From Sphingobacteriales bacterium (lineage in GTDB: Bacteria > Bacteroidota > Bacteroidia > UKL13-3), in NCBI GenBank assembly GCA_021299635.1, contig JAJTFA010000002.1, forward strand, positions 249,110 through 313,109: DNA of 64,000 nt. The letters run 5' to 3'. Below, one piece after another: positions 28,907 through 38,512 of the stretch. The position numbers were made by a program, and so were the translations under genes. The first letter of the stretch is position 1. Each line of letters opens with the position of its first letter. Under the pieces are notes generated by a model, which saw only the letters and a list, made by a program, of their open reading frames with translations, was not told the DNA's origin and did no database searches.

Positions 28907-30787
28907 ATGATACAAAATTTTAAATCACTGCACTATTACCTGAGAAATTCAGCTACTCAAATTAAAGGATTAGATCAGGTATATATGATGGAGAAATTGA
29001 AAGGTAGTTGGGTTGAACTAACCTATCGCGAGGTTCTCAGACAAATCAATGCACTATCAGCATACCTGCTTCAACACGGATTGGAAAAGCAGGATAAGGT
29101 TGCACTCATCATAGAAAACAGCCCGGAGTATATTTGTTTTGATCAGGCGCTGATGCAATTGGGCCTTGTAAATGTTTCCATTTATCCAACACTTTCCGAG
29201 TCTGAAGTAGAATACATCATCAATAACTCAGAGGCCAAAGCGATTTTAGTAGGCTCACCATTTTTATGGAAAAAAATCAACTCGGTTAAAGGCAATTGTC
29301 CCGAATTGAAATTATTTATTACAGCTTATGAAACCGATAAGCAGCCGGAAGGAACCATATCTTACACCGAAGCAGTTAAACAAGGTGAGGCTATTTACCC
29401 TTCAATAAAAGATGCAATAGAAAGACGTTTGGAGTCGGTAACCAGAGATGATCTGGCTTGTTTGCTTTATACCTCCGGAACCACCGGCAAACCAAAAGGT
29501 GCCATGCTTTCCCACAACAATTTTATTACCAATGTGGAGATGGCTATTGATTTAATGCCAATTGTAAATAATGAGTTTCGCTTTCTTTCATTTTTACCAA
29601 TGAGTCACGTCTATGAGCGCACAGCTACATACTATTGCAGCATTATTGTAGGAGCTCAGGTAGCGTTTGCCCAAAGTTTGGAAGCACTATCAGGTAATAT
29701 TATGGAGGTGCAGCCAACAGCATTGCTTACCGTGCCAAGGCTAATGGAGCGCATCGAAGAAAGGGTTAGAAAAACAATTACCCAGAAAGGTGGCTTTGGC
29801 TTAATGGTGTTCAATTGGGCATTTAAAGTTGGTGAACAAAGAAGGCACAATAAAGAACAAGGAAGGTCAAATGGCATTTGGCTGAAACTGCAGCTTGCCT
29901 TGGCAGAAAAACTGGTGTTTTCTAAAATAAAGGCAAAATTGGGTGGTAAAATGAAGCTGATGATTTCCGGTGGGGGAGCCATGCCTCAGCATGTGGGTGA
30001 GTTTTTTGCCAATATGGGTGTTACCGTTTGTGAAGGTTATGGATTAACAGAAACCTCTCCACTGGTTTGTGTTAATGAGTGGGAGCGTCAGGTTTTTGGT
30101 GCTGTTGGGCGCATTGGTAAAGGCTGCGAAGTGGCCATACAAAATCCTGAGACCAAGGAAGTTTATACCATTCAAACCAACCAATCATACAACCCGACTT
30201 TTGAAAGTCCGGAAGGAGAAATTTTGGTGCGTGGTGTAAATGTGATGAAAGGATACTGGAAAATGCCCGAAGCAACGGCAGAAACTATTGATAAGGATGG
30301 CTGGTTGCATACCGGTGACGTAGGTAAATTTTATAAAGGATACCTGAAGATTACCGATCGTATCAAAAATATTTTGGTAAACTCTTTCGGAAAAAATGTT
30401 TACCCTACACCTATTGAAAACACCTATTTGTTGTCACCAAAAATTGAACAGATCTTTTTAATTGGCGATAACCGTGAATACCTGACGGCAATCATTATCC
30501 CCTCGCGTGAGGAGATGAAGGAGCGCTTTAAAGTGAAGGAATCTTACTTTGCGGAACCAACAGAGTTTATTGATGACAAAGAAGTTTTTGACTGGTTGCT
30601 CGAAGACATGAAAAAACTAGAGAAAGATTTGGGCAAGTTTGAACGTATTAAGCATTTTATTGTTAAGCGCAAACCTTTCAGCATTGAAACAGGGGAGCTC
30701 ACTCCTAAGCAAAGCGTGAAGCGCAAAGTAGTAGAGCAGAAGTATGCCAAGGAGATTGATGATATGTATGCATTAACTGTTATCTGA
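28907..30787 (+). CDS. long-chain fatty acid-CoA ligase
   Basis: YTSGTTGKPKG, FLPMSH, EGYGLTET, WLHTGD, ITDRIK, ELTP. Confidence 0.93.
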   Translation: MIQNFKSLHYYLRNSATQIKGLDQVYMMEKLKGSWVELTYREVLRQINALSAYLLQHGLEKQDKVALIIENSPEYICFDQALMQLGLVNVSIYPTLSESEVEYIINNSEAKAILVGSPFLWKKINSVKGNCPELKLFITAYETDKQPEGTISYTEAVKQGEAIYPSIKDAIERRLESVTRDDLACLLYTSGTTGKPKGAMLSHNNFITNVEMAIDLMPIVNNEFRFLSFLPMSHVYERTATYYCSIIVGAQVAFAQSLEALSGNIMEVQPTALLTVPRLMERIEERVRKTITQKGGFGLMVFNWAFKVGEQRRHNKEQGRSNGIWLKLQLALAEKLVFSKIKAKLGGKMKLMISGGGAMPQHVGEFFANMGVTVCEGYGLTETSPLVCVNEWERQVFGAVGRIGKGCEVAIQNPETKEVYTIQTNQSYNPTFESPEGEILVRGVNVMKGYWKMPEATAETIDKDGWLHTGDVGKFYKGYLKITDRIKNILVNSFGKNVYPTPIENTYLLSPKIEQIFLIGDNREYLTAIIIPSREEMKERFKVKESYFAEPTEFIDDKEVFDWLLEDMKKLEKDLGKFERIKHFIVKRKPFSIETGELTPKQSVKRKVVEQKYAKEIDDMYALTVI

Positions 30788-31545
30788 TGCACAAGCATAT
30801 TACCATATGCTTATTGGCAATGGTTTTATGCGTATGCACCAATGCCCAGTTTCGTTTACCCGATTCTTTATTTCTTAAAAACGGACACGTATTTGTAGAG
30901 ACAGGAGTTTCTATTCCTGTAATGGATTATGCCTCTACAGATTTTATTGTATTGTCTTCAGGCTTTGCACAAACAGGTTATAGTTGGCAAGCAGGTATGC
31001 AATATGATGTGCTTCCCTGGCTTGGATTAGGAATTCAATATTATGTAAATGAAAATAATTTTGATGATGCAGCACTTGCGCAATCATACATTGAATTATC
31101 AGCTAACAATCCGCGTTTACCCATTATTTATAACGGTTTCCAATCGGACCCATGGAAAATGCGGGGTATGATGTTTGGATTATACCTGCCTGTAAGAAAT
31201 TATTTGAGCACCTTTACCATTGGTATGTATGCAGGTTTTATGAATGCTACCTTACCTGCCTCTCAGTTATATATAACAGAGCGTGCAACCGGGCAGCCTG
31301 CAACCATCTTTCAGTATGAGGCTTCAGGCAATGATGCAGCGTATTACTTTTTTGTCGGTTTCAGAACCCGATTGTATAAAAATTTAGTCTTTACATCAAA
31401 GGCTTCATTCCTTTATTCAGAGCAAAGGTTTGAAGAAATATCTGGCTATTTCACCGGCTTGCAGCGGGCCATTTCATTTAGTCCGTATACGCAGTACCAT
31501 CATATCATTAACCTAAATGCAGGGCTTGGCTGGCAATTCAGGTAG
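30787..31545 (+). CDS. outer-membrane beta-barrel protein
   Basis: Signal peptide; C-terminal NLNAGLGWQF beta-signal. Confidence 0.6.
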   Translation: MHKHITICLLAMVLCVCTNAQFRLPDSLFLKNGHVFVETGVSIPVMDYASTDFIVLSSGFAQTGYSWQAGMQYDVLPWLGLGIQYYVNENNFDDAALAQSYIELSANNPRLPIIYNGFQSDPWKMRGMMFGLYLPVRNYLSTFTIGMYAGFMNATLPASQLYITERATGQPATIFQYEASGNDAAYYFFVGFRTRLYKNLVFTSKASFLYSEQRFEEISGYFTGLQRAISFSPYTQYHHIINLNAGLGWQFR

Positions 31546-31686
31546 TTGTTGTAATTTAGCTTTTCATGCAACATAAGGTAAGCCGGTTTGCAGAATGCGC
31601 AAAAAGCACATGATATATTTGGTAAAATTAATTAACGAGCTTGGTAATAATTCAGTTAATTTGTGACTGAGATTAAAATAATTCAT

Positions 31687-32694
31687 ATGAAAAAGAAGTT
31701 TAATTTAATGGTATTTAGCCTAATCGGATTAATATCCTGCATAGCTGCCCAGACACCACAAAAAAAAGTTTTTTTACCCTACTTTGAAGCCATCAACATC
31801 AAGAAGGATTATCAGATTTCTACAACCAAACTGATTAGAAACTATATCGAGACTGAAAACAGATATCAGGTAATGATGCTTGAAGGTAAGGATACCTTGT
31901 TTGATGCGGACCAACCCCTGGCAGTATTGAAGGGTAAAGCCATGGAGATGGGTGCCGATTATTATTTGAAAGGCTCACTTAACCGGATTGGTGAAAGTGT
32001 GATTGTAAATGTTACCCTCATTGAAACGGCTACCGGTAATAAAGTTTGGTTTGATCAGTTAAAGGCCATGGGTCCGGAAGACCTTGACCCTATTATGCAG
32101 CGCATAGCCAAAGCATTGGGTACAGATGAAAAAGCCGCAAATGATAATGATATTTATGCGGTCACCAATAATGAATCAGTACAATTGAAACAAAAGCAAA
32201 CAAATAATAGTTTTGGTTTATCCTTAGGGGGTATCCAAATGCTAATGCCAAACACATTACAGGCTACTATGATTGGAGTTGGTTGGTATTTTGATGCACG
32301 TAATGTAATAGTTGATATCAGACCTTCTATTTCTACTAATCCAAGTAAATTATTCATGTTTAATGTAGCTCTTGATTTGTTTAGGCCGCATACTACAAAG
32401 AGTAATACTTTTTTCTATGGTGGAGGCGCTAGTTTTTCTTATACTGATATCACCATGAGCGATAATATTTCTAGTTATGAAGTAGATGGAACAGGTTTAT
32501 CGTTTAGTTTAGGCGGAGGTTATTTACTTAATCGCAATGCAGGCGCATCGGTTAGAATTGGTGCTTATGCATTTTATGCATTATATGATTTGGAAGGATC
32601 TACATGGAGTTCGTTCGGGTTTGGTTCAAAACAATTAACAGAAAGCAGTCCTTTAGGTATTGAAATACGAGCAGAGATTATGTTTAACCAATAA
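31687..32694 (+). CDS. exported protein: CsgG/TolB_N-like alpha/beta domain plus putative C-terminal beta-barrel
   Basis: GADYYLKGSLNRIGESVIVNVTLIETATG resembles CsgG/TolB_N-like strands; the C-terminal half has Gly/aromatic-rich strands. Confidence 0.5.
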   Translation: MKKKFNLMVFSLIGLISCIAAQTPQKKVFLPYFEAINIKKDYQISTTKLIRNYIETENRYQVMMLEGKDTLFDADQPLAVLKGKAMEMGADYYLKGSLNRIGESVIVNVTLIETATGNKVWFDQLKAMGPEDLDPIMQRIAKALGTDEKAANDNDIYAVTNNESVQLKQKQTNNSFGLSLGGIQMLMPNTLQATMIGVGWYFDARNVIVDIRPSISTNPSKLFMFNVALDLFRPHTTKSNTFFYGGGASFSYTDITMSDNISSYEVDGTGLSFSLGGGYLLNRNAGASVRIGAYAFYALYDLEGSTWSSFGFGSKQLTESSPLGIEIRAEIMFNQ

Positions 32695-32703
32695 TGCAAA
32701 AGA

Positions 32704-33087
32704 ATGAAACTAAGGCAAGCTACTTTATTCATTCTAGCACTTCTACTGCTTACATCTTGTTCCTCAACTCATATTGTGCTAGCCAATAACAAAAAGCCCT
32801 ACCAGATTTACATAAACAATCAGCTGAAAGGAACAGGTACCGCCAGTATCCCACGTTCAGGGTTGCCGCAAACCCGAACCATCCAGGTAAGAGATGCGTC
32901 TGGTAATGTGCTGGCTCAGGAAAGGATAAGAAGGGAAATGAATGTACTGAAATTTATTGGGGGCTTCTTTTACTTATATCCCTTATGGTTTTTTGCCTGG
33001 GATTATGATAAAGAGATCTCCATCTTTATTCCTAAACAAACAAGTGATGAGTTTGACGCGCAACCTTCAAAAAGCAAGTGGGATTAG
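32704..33087 (+). CDS. small lipoprotein, function unknown (PEGA-like)
   Basis: Lipobox LTSC; IYINNQLKGTG; short hydrophobic segment near the C-terminus. Confidence 0.55.
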   Translation: MKLRQATLFILALLLLTSCSSTHIVLANNKKPYQIYINNQLKGTGTASIPRSGLPQTRTIQVRDASGNVLAQERIRREMNVLKFIGGFFYLYPLWFFAWDYDKEISIFIPKQTSDEFDAQPSKSKWD

Positions 33088-33111
33088 CAGTCCTGCAGCG
33101 TAAAGGTGCGT

Positions 33112-33483
33112 TTACCAATCCTTAAACATAATGAATACAGCCAGCATGCTGAGTGCAAATCCTGCAATATGATTCCATTGTAGTGTTCCGTCTTTAAATA
33201 AATAGATATTAACCAGTACAAAAACCATCATGCTCACGGCCTCTTGCATGGTTTTTAACTCAAACATGCTAAATGGTCCGCCATGCAGATGTGAGCCTAA
33301 TCTGTTGGCCGGTACCTGAAACAAATATTCAAAGAAGGCTATAAACCAACAGATGTGGCTAATGCCTATTAGCCCGGTTTATTTTAACCAGCTAATCTTC
33401 TGAAACTGCAGGTATCCATGCCACGCAAACGTCATAAACAGGTTGAAACATACCAGTAAAATCACCGTATAAAACCCTTTCAT
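33112..33483 (-). pseudogene. DMT-family (DUF486-like) small membrane protein with in-frame nonsense codon
   Basis: MKGFYTVILLVCFNLFMTFAWHGYLQFQKISWLK*TGLIGISHICWFIAFFEYLFQVPANRLG...ELKTMQE... The TAA at 33379-33381 is codon 35, and the same frame continues to the natural stop. Confidence 0.8.
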
Positions 33484-33550
33484 AGCTAATAGTTTTTAGA
33501 ATATTCAAAATTGCCTACTTTCGCACCACAGAACAACAAAACATATACAC

Positions 33551-33907
33551 ATGAAACAACACATTGAAGCCATTAAAAAAACAATTGATAAGGAAGGCAT
33601 CAATACAAAAGTGGTAGAGCAACTAATGGAACTGAGAGAGTGGTTTAAAGCCAACTTAAATGAGCCCGGCTACGTGCGCATGCTGCGTTTGGCATATGAA
33701 AATATTCAGGAAAAAGGCGCATACACGTTTTTATACCTGGAAGATGAAAATGGTGCAGCAAATCTGAAATACTTTCTGGACCTAGTCTCTGACTACAACA
33801 ATAAATACAACAAGGATGAGCTGATAGATGTGCGCCATGTGATGGAAGGCACCAAGAGAGAAGATGAAGAAGAGGAAGAAGAGAAAGACCTTGAAGAAAC
33901 AGCTTAA
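33551..33907 (+). CDS. hypothetical helical protein with acidic C-terminal tail
   Basis: Clean ORF with an A-rich leader, followed by a terminator. Confidence 0.7.
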   Translation: MKQHIEAIKKTIDKEGINTKVVEQLMELREWFKANLNEPGYVRMLRLAYENIQEKGAYTFLYLEDENGAANLKYFLDLVSDYNNKYNKDELIDVRHVMEGTKREDEEEEEEKDLEETA

Positions 33908-33921
33908 TTTGTAAAACGCAT

Positions 33922-33957
33922 AAAAAAGGCTGCTCCGTATTTCGGGGCAGCCTTTTT
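33922..33957. terminator. bidirectional intrinsic terminator
   Basis: AAAAAAGGCTGCTCCG-TATTT-CGGGGCAGCCTTTTT between convergent genes. Confidence 0.85.
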
Positions 33958-33976
33958 CTTTGATATTACGCCCAAG

Positions 33977-35899
33977 CTATGCGCTCACTCTTTCTACAAT
34001 GAGTTGTTTCACGGTTTGCATAATTGCTGTAGCATCAAAGCCGCACTCTGCATATAGTTCTTTTTGTTCTCCATGCTCAATAACCGCATCCGGCATGCCC
34101 AGCATTTTTACCTGTGTATGGTATCCGTATTTTGCCATAAACTCTAGCACTGCACTACCTGTGCCACCTACAACGGTTCCATCTTCTACAGTAACTATCT
34201 TTTTGTAATTGGTAAATACTTCGTGTAGCATCTCTTCGTCCAATGGTTTAACAAAACGCAAATCATAATGACCAACGGAAATACCTTCTTCTGACAGTTG
34301 GTTGGCAGCTTGTGCGGCAATATTTCCAATATGGCCAATGGTTAATAAAGCCAACTCATCACCATCGCGCAATTTACGGCCCTTACCAATCTCCAACTCT
34401 TTAAATGGTGTTTTCCACTCAGGTATTACTCCGTTGCCACGCGGATAGCGTATGGAGAAAGGACCTGCATTTTTTTCAAGCGTTGCCGTATACATCAAGT
34501 TACGTAACTCTTCTTCGTTCATCGGAGCACTTACCACCATATTAGGTACGCATCTCATATATGGGATGTCTATCATGCCATGATGCGTAGGTCCGTCTGC
34601 ACCGGCTAGGCCTGCTCTGTCCATACAAAATATTACATGTAGTTTTTGCAAGGCCACATCATGCACTACCTGATCATATGCACGCTGCATAAATGATGAG
34701 TAGATATTGCAAAAAGGAATTAACCCTTGTGTTGCAAGTCCTGCACTAAAAGTTACTGCATGCTGCTCTGCAATGCCTACATCAAAGGCGCGTTTAGGCA
34801 TGGCCTTCATCATGATATTCATGGAAGAACCAGAAGGCATAGCAGGTGTAATGCCTACAATTTTTTCGTTTTTCTCAGCCAATTCAACCAAGGTATGTCC
34901 AAATACATCTTGGTATTTTGGTGGTTGCGGCTTATCTGAAACAGATTTATATATTTCACCGGTTACTTTATCAAACAAACCCGGTGCATGCCATTTGGTT
35001 TGGTCTTTTTCTGCCAGGGCATAACCTTTACCTTTTACGGTAACACAATGCAATAATTTAGGTCCGGGTATTTTCTTTAAATCATTCAACACTTTAACCA
35101 TATGGTTTACGTCATGCCCATCAATGGGGCCAAAATAACGGAAGCGCAATGATTCAAACATATTGCTGTGCTTAAGCACACCAGATTTTATAGTATCATG
35201 CACCTTTGAAAGAATATCTTGAGATATATGCCCGATTTTGTTCAGCCGATCAAGCGCCTTCCAAACATCATCTTTAAATTTATTATAAGTAGGTGAGGTA
35301 GTAATATCGGTTAAATATTCCTTGAGTGCGCCTACATTTGGGTCTATACTCATGCAATTGTCATTCAGCACCACAATGAGGTTAGAGTCTTCTACACCTG
35401 CATGGTTCAGGCCCTCAAAGGCAAGTCCTGCGGTCATGGCACCATCGCCTATAACAGCAATATGTTGGCGGTCTGTTTCACCTTTAAGCCTGGAAGCAAC
35501 AGCCATGCCTAGCGCAGCTGAAATAGAAGTGGATGAGTGACCCACACCAAAAGTATCATACTCACTTTCGCTGCGTTTTGGAAAACCCGAAATACCTTTA
35601 TAAACCCTGTTTGTATGGAAAACATCTCTACGGCCCGTAAGTATTTTATGGCCATATGCCTGATGGCCTACATCCCAAACCAATTGGTCGTAAGGTGTAT
35701 TAAAGGCATAATGCAGGGCCACGGTTAGTTCCACCACGCCCAAACTGGCACCAAAGTGGCCCCCGTAAACAGAGACCATATCAATGATATATTGCCTTAA
35801 CTCGGCACATACCTTTACCAAGTCCTCCTCCTTAACCTTGCGTAAATCAGCAGGATAATGAATGGGGCTTAGCAGTTCTCCCGGTTTTATTTCCATCAT
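33977..35899 (-). CDS. dxs: 1-deoxy-D-xylulose-5-phosphate synthase
   Basis: GHFGASLGVVELT, WDVGHQAY, GDGA, NDN, GPIDGHD, IAEQH, DGPTHHG, IRYPRG. Confidence 0.98.
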   Translation of the reverse strand: MMEIKPGELLSPIHYPADLRKVKEEDLVKVCAELRQYIIDMVSVYGGHFGASLGVVELTVALHYAFNTPYDQLVWDVGHQAYGHKILTGRRDVFHTNRVYKGISGFPKRSESEYDTFGVGHSSTSISAALGMAVASRLKGETDRQHIAVIGDGAMTAGLAFEGLNHAGVEDSNLIVVLNDNCMSIDPNVGALKEYLTDITTSPTYNKFKDDVWKALDRLNKIGHISQDILSKVHDTIKSGVLKHSNMFESLRFRYFGPIDGHDVNHMVKVLNDLKKIPGPKLLHCVTVKGKGYALAEKDQTKWHAPGLFDKVTGEIYKSVSDKPQPPKYQDVFGHTLVELAEKNEKIVGITPAMPSGSSMNIMMKAMPKRAFDVGIAEQHAVTFSAGLATQGLIPFCNIYSSFMQRAYDQVVHDVALQKLHVIFCMDRAGLAGADGPTHHGMIDIPYMRCVPNMVVSAPMNEEELRNLMYTATLEKNAGPFSIRYPRGNGVIPEWKTPFKELEIGKGRKLRDGDELALLTIGHIGNIAAQAANQLSEEGISVGHYDLRFVKPLDEEMLHEVFTNYKKIVTVEDGTVVGGTGSAVLEFMAKYGYHTQVKMLGMPDAVIEHGEQKELYAECGFDATAIMQTVKQLIVERVSA

Positions 35900-36023
35900 A
35901 CGTTTTAAAACAGACCTTTACGTTAAAAAGTTTAATTAAATGCAGATTTGTTTAAACCTGCAAATTGATTAGTAAACGGTAAAAATAAGGTTTTGGTTTA
36001 AAAACCCGAAATAAAGCCTATTT

Positions 36024-36833
36024 TTATAAGCGAGCCTCGGTAACCATTATATCCTCGCGTGGCGGAATGCTAAGTACCGGAATATTTGAGTGGTTAACCA
36101 TCTGCTGAGCGTATTTGCCTAAAAAGAAGGAGCCAATTTGAAGTTCCTGCTCTGTCATAATCACAATTAAATCAGCTTTTTTCTCCTGTGCAAAACGAAT
36201 GGTTTGGTTGGTTATGTTTCCTCCCAAGCGCTTTTCATGGCTAGAATTAATGTGACACCCATTCAATTTTTCAATGGTTTGCCGCAGGTAGGCATTTACT
36301 TTGTATTCTGATTCTTTGTTTTTATCTGTTGAAACACCAAGCAGGTGTATAGTTGCCCCAAATACCTCGGCCAGTTTTATAGCATAGGGTAACTTTTGTC
36401 TGGACTCAAATGAAGTATCTATGGGCAAAACAATGGATTTAAACTGGTTGATACCCGCATCTTCTCTCATGCTTAGGACAGGGCAGGTTGAGCTGTTTAC
36501 AATCTTGTAGGCATTGCTGCCCATCCAAAACTCCTCAAAGCCCGAAACCCCATGTGTGCCCATTACAATCAGTTCAGTGTTCGATTCTTTTGAGGCGGCT
36601 ATAATTTCTTTATCAACGGCACCATCCCTATGCAGATAATGAAAATCCACTCCTGCATTTTCTGCATTCAGTGTTTGGTGTAGCTCACCTGCAGTTTTGT
36701 TGTTTTCATGCATGTGCAGGGCAGTAAGTTGAGCGTTTAGTTTTTTAGCAAAATGAGTAGCTGCTCTGAAGGCAACAATAGATTGCGGTGAACCATCAAC
36801 CGGAACCATAATACGCGAAAATGAAATGCTCAT
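36024..36833 (-). CDS. universal stress protein (tandem Usp domains)
   Basis: IMVPVDGS, LIVMGTHG...GS, second domain IVLPID...ADLIVIM...IPVLSI. Confidence 0.9.
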   Translation of the reverse strand: MSISFSRIMVPVDGSPQSIVAFRAATHFAKKLNAQLTALHMHENNKTAGELHQTLNAENAGVDFHYLHRDGAVDKEIIAASKESNTELIVMGTHGVSGFEEFWMGSNAYKIVNSSTCPVLSMREDAGINQFKSIVLPIDTSFESRQKLPYAIKLAEVFGATIHLLGVSTDKNKESEYKVNAYLRQTIEKLNGCHINSSHEKRLGGNITNQTIRFAQEKKADLIVIMTEQELQIGSFFLGKYAQQMVNHSNIPVLSIPPREDIMVTEARL

Positions 36834-36905
36834 AGCGGTAAATTTTGGTACACACTAATTTACCGATACACGCCTATAAGAAAAATGAGAATAGTCAGGT
36901 TTGGG

Positions 36906-37691
36906 TTAGTTCCCTTTAAACTCAGGCTTTCTTTTTTCATTAAATGCTGCCACCCCTTCTTTGTAATCATCGCTACGTCCTGCTATTTCCTGGCAGTATG
37001 CTTCATATTCAAGCATGGCATCCAAATCGCTGTTAAAGGATTTGTTAAGCATTTTTTTCATAAGGGCAATGGCTTTGGTTGGTGCTTTCGCATAATACAA
37101 TGCAATATTCATGGTCTCTTCATCCAGTTTTTCGGGTGCCACCACACGGTTCACCATACCCCATTCCAAGGCTTGTTTGGCAGCAACTTTAGACCCCATG
37201 GTGCTTAGTTCAAAAGCGCGAGCAGAGCCCACCAAACGAGGCAAAAAATAAGAGGAGCCGGAATCAAGTACCAACCCTACATTAATAAAAACTTCAATAA
37301 GGCTCGCCTGCTCAGACGCTACAATAAAATCAGAAGCCAGTGCCATAGAGCAGCCTGCACCGGCAGCCACACCGTTTAATTTACAAATTATTGGTATGGG
37401 TAAATTACGCATGGCCCTGATCATCGGATTATAGCGTTTGTATAAAGAATCACTCAGCGAACGGTTCTTAGCACCGGCAATAGATTTTAAATCCTGGCCT
37501 GAACAAAAAGCCTTACCTGCACCAGTTAAAATAAGTACACGAATGCTTTTATTTTTTTCTATTTTTTTCAACGCATCTATCACATCAAAACTTTGCTGCT
37601 CATTAAACGCATTAAACACATCGGGGCGGTTAAGCGTTAGGGTGGCAATACCAACTTGTATGTCTAGTAATATGGTTTCGTATGTGCTCAT
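36906..37691 (-). CDS. enoyl-CoA hydratase/isomerase (PaaG-like)
   Basis: LNRPD, AFCSGQDL, NGVAAGAG, GLVLDSG, EG..AF.EKRKPEF. Confidence 0.88.
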   Translation of the reverse strand: MSTYETILLDIQVGIATLTLNRPDVFNAFNEQQSFDVIDALKKIEKNKSIRVLILTGAGKAFCSGQDLKSIAGAKNRSLSDSLYKRYNPMIRAMRNLPIPIICKLNGVAAGAGCSMALASDFIVASEQASLIEVFINVGLVLDSGSSYFLPRLVGSARAFELSTMGSKVAAKQALEWGMVNRVVAPEKLDEETMNIALYYAKAPTKAIALMKKMLNKSFNSDLDAMLEYEAYCQEIAGRSDDYKEGVAAFNEKRKPEFKGN

Positions 37692-37856
37692 ATTTTGATT
37701 AATTAGATGGGCGAAAATAACTTTTTTGAGTAAATGTTAACCATGCAAACCACAAGTAACCCGCTGCCATGAACTGTAGTATTTGATATACGATAAACCA
37801 CACCAACATTGTGCACTTGTGTATGCCAATACAATTCTCTGCACTAATTTCACTGC

Positions 37857-38387
37857 GTGAAAAAACTATTCATCTTTGCAATTGCCTTTTTCATGGCGCT
37901 GGCATCATGCCGCAGCAAAAAAAAAGCAACGCATGGTTTAAGCAATAGAGATAAGGCAGAAAGAAAGACCTATTTTGAAAATAAATATGGTGTTGCATTT
38001 GACAGAGAAACCAACCACAAACTTTACATGGCCATTGATGTATGGTATGGTACCCCCCATAAGTTAGGCGCATGTGAAAAAAGTGGCATTGATTGCTCTT
38101 GTTTTGTAAACAGGGTTTTTAAAGAAGTGTATGATTGCGATACTCCTCGCGATACGAAGGGGTTGATGGAAGCAATCAAGCAAATTGACAAAGAAAAATT
38201 AAGGGAGGGCGATTTGGTTTTCTTTGCGATGAATAAAGGCAGTAAGGTTGATCATGTAGGCATCTACTTGAGTAGCGGGAAATTTGTGCATACCTCCAGT
38301 AAGAGAGGGGTAATGGTAAGTAGTTTGGACGAACCACATTTTGAGAAAGCGTTTAAAATAAGTGGAAGGCTAAAATGTTCGGGCTAG
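37857..38387 (+). CDS. NlpC/P60 peptidoglycan endopeptidase lipoprotein (Spr/MepS-like)
   Basis: Lipobox LASC; GIDCS; GDLVFF; HVGIY; FVH. Confidence 0.9.
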   Translation: MKKLFIFAIAFFMALASCRSKKKATHGLSNRDKAERKTYFENKYGVAFDRETNHKLYMAIDVWYGTPHKLGACEKSGIDCSCFVNRVFKEVYDCDTPRDTKGLMEAIKQIDKEKLREGDLVFFAMNKGSKVDHVGIYLSSGKFVHTSSKRGVMVSSLDEPHFEKAFKISGRLKCSG

Positions 38388-38512
38388 GTTGCAAAGGAAT
38401 GGAAGTTTGTTTTATGGAGCTTAGTTGTTGTATAACCGGTTAAAAAAATCATGATGTTTAGGGTTGTACTTACTCAGCTTTCAATACATACCCTTCCAAT
38501 GAGACTTAGACT

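Noticed and set aside
33379..33381. Stop-codon readthrough or alternative genetic code
   Set aside because: TAA, TAG and TGA all terminate normal genes throughout the window, and the gene shows other signs of decay.
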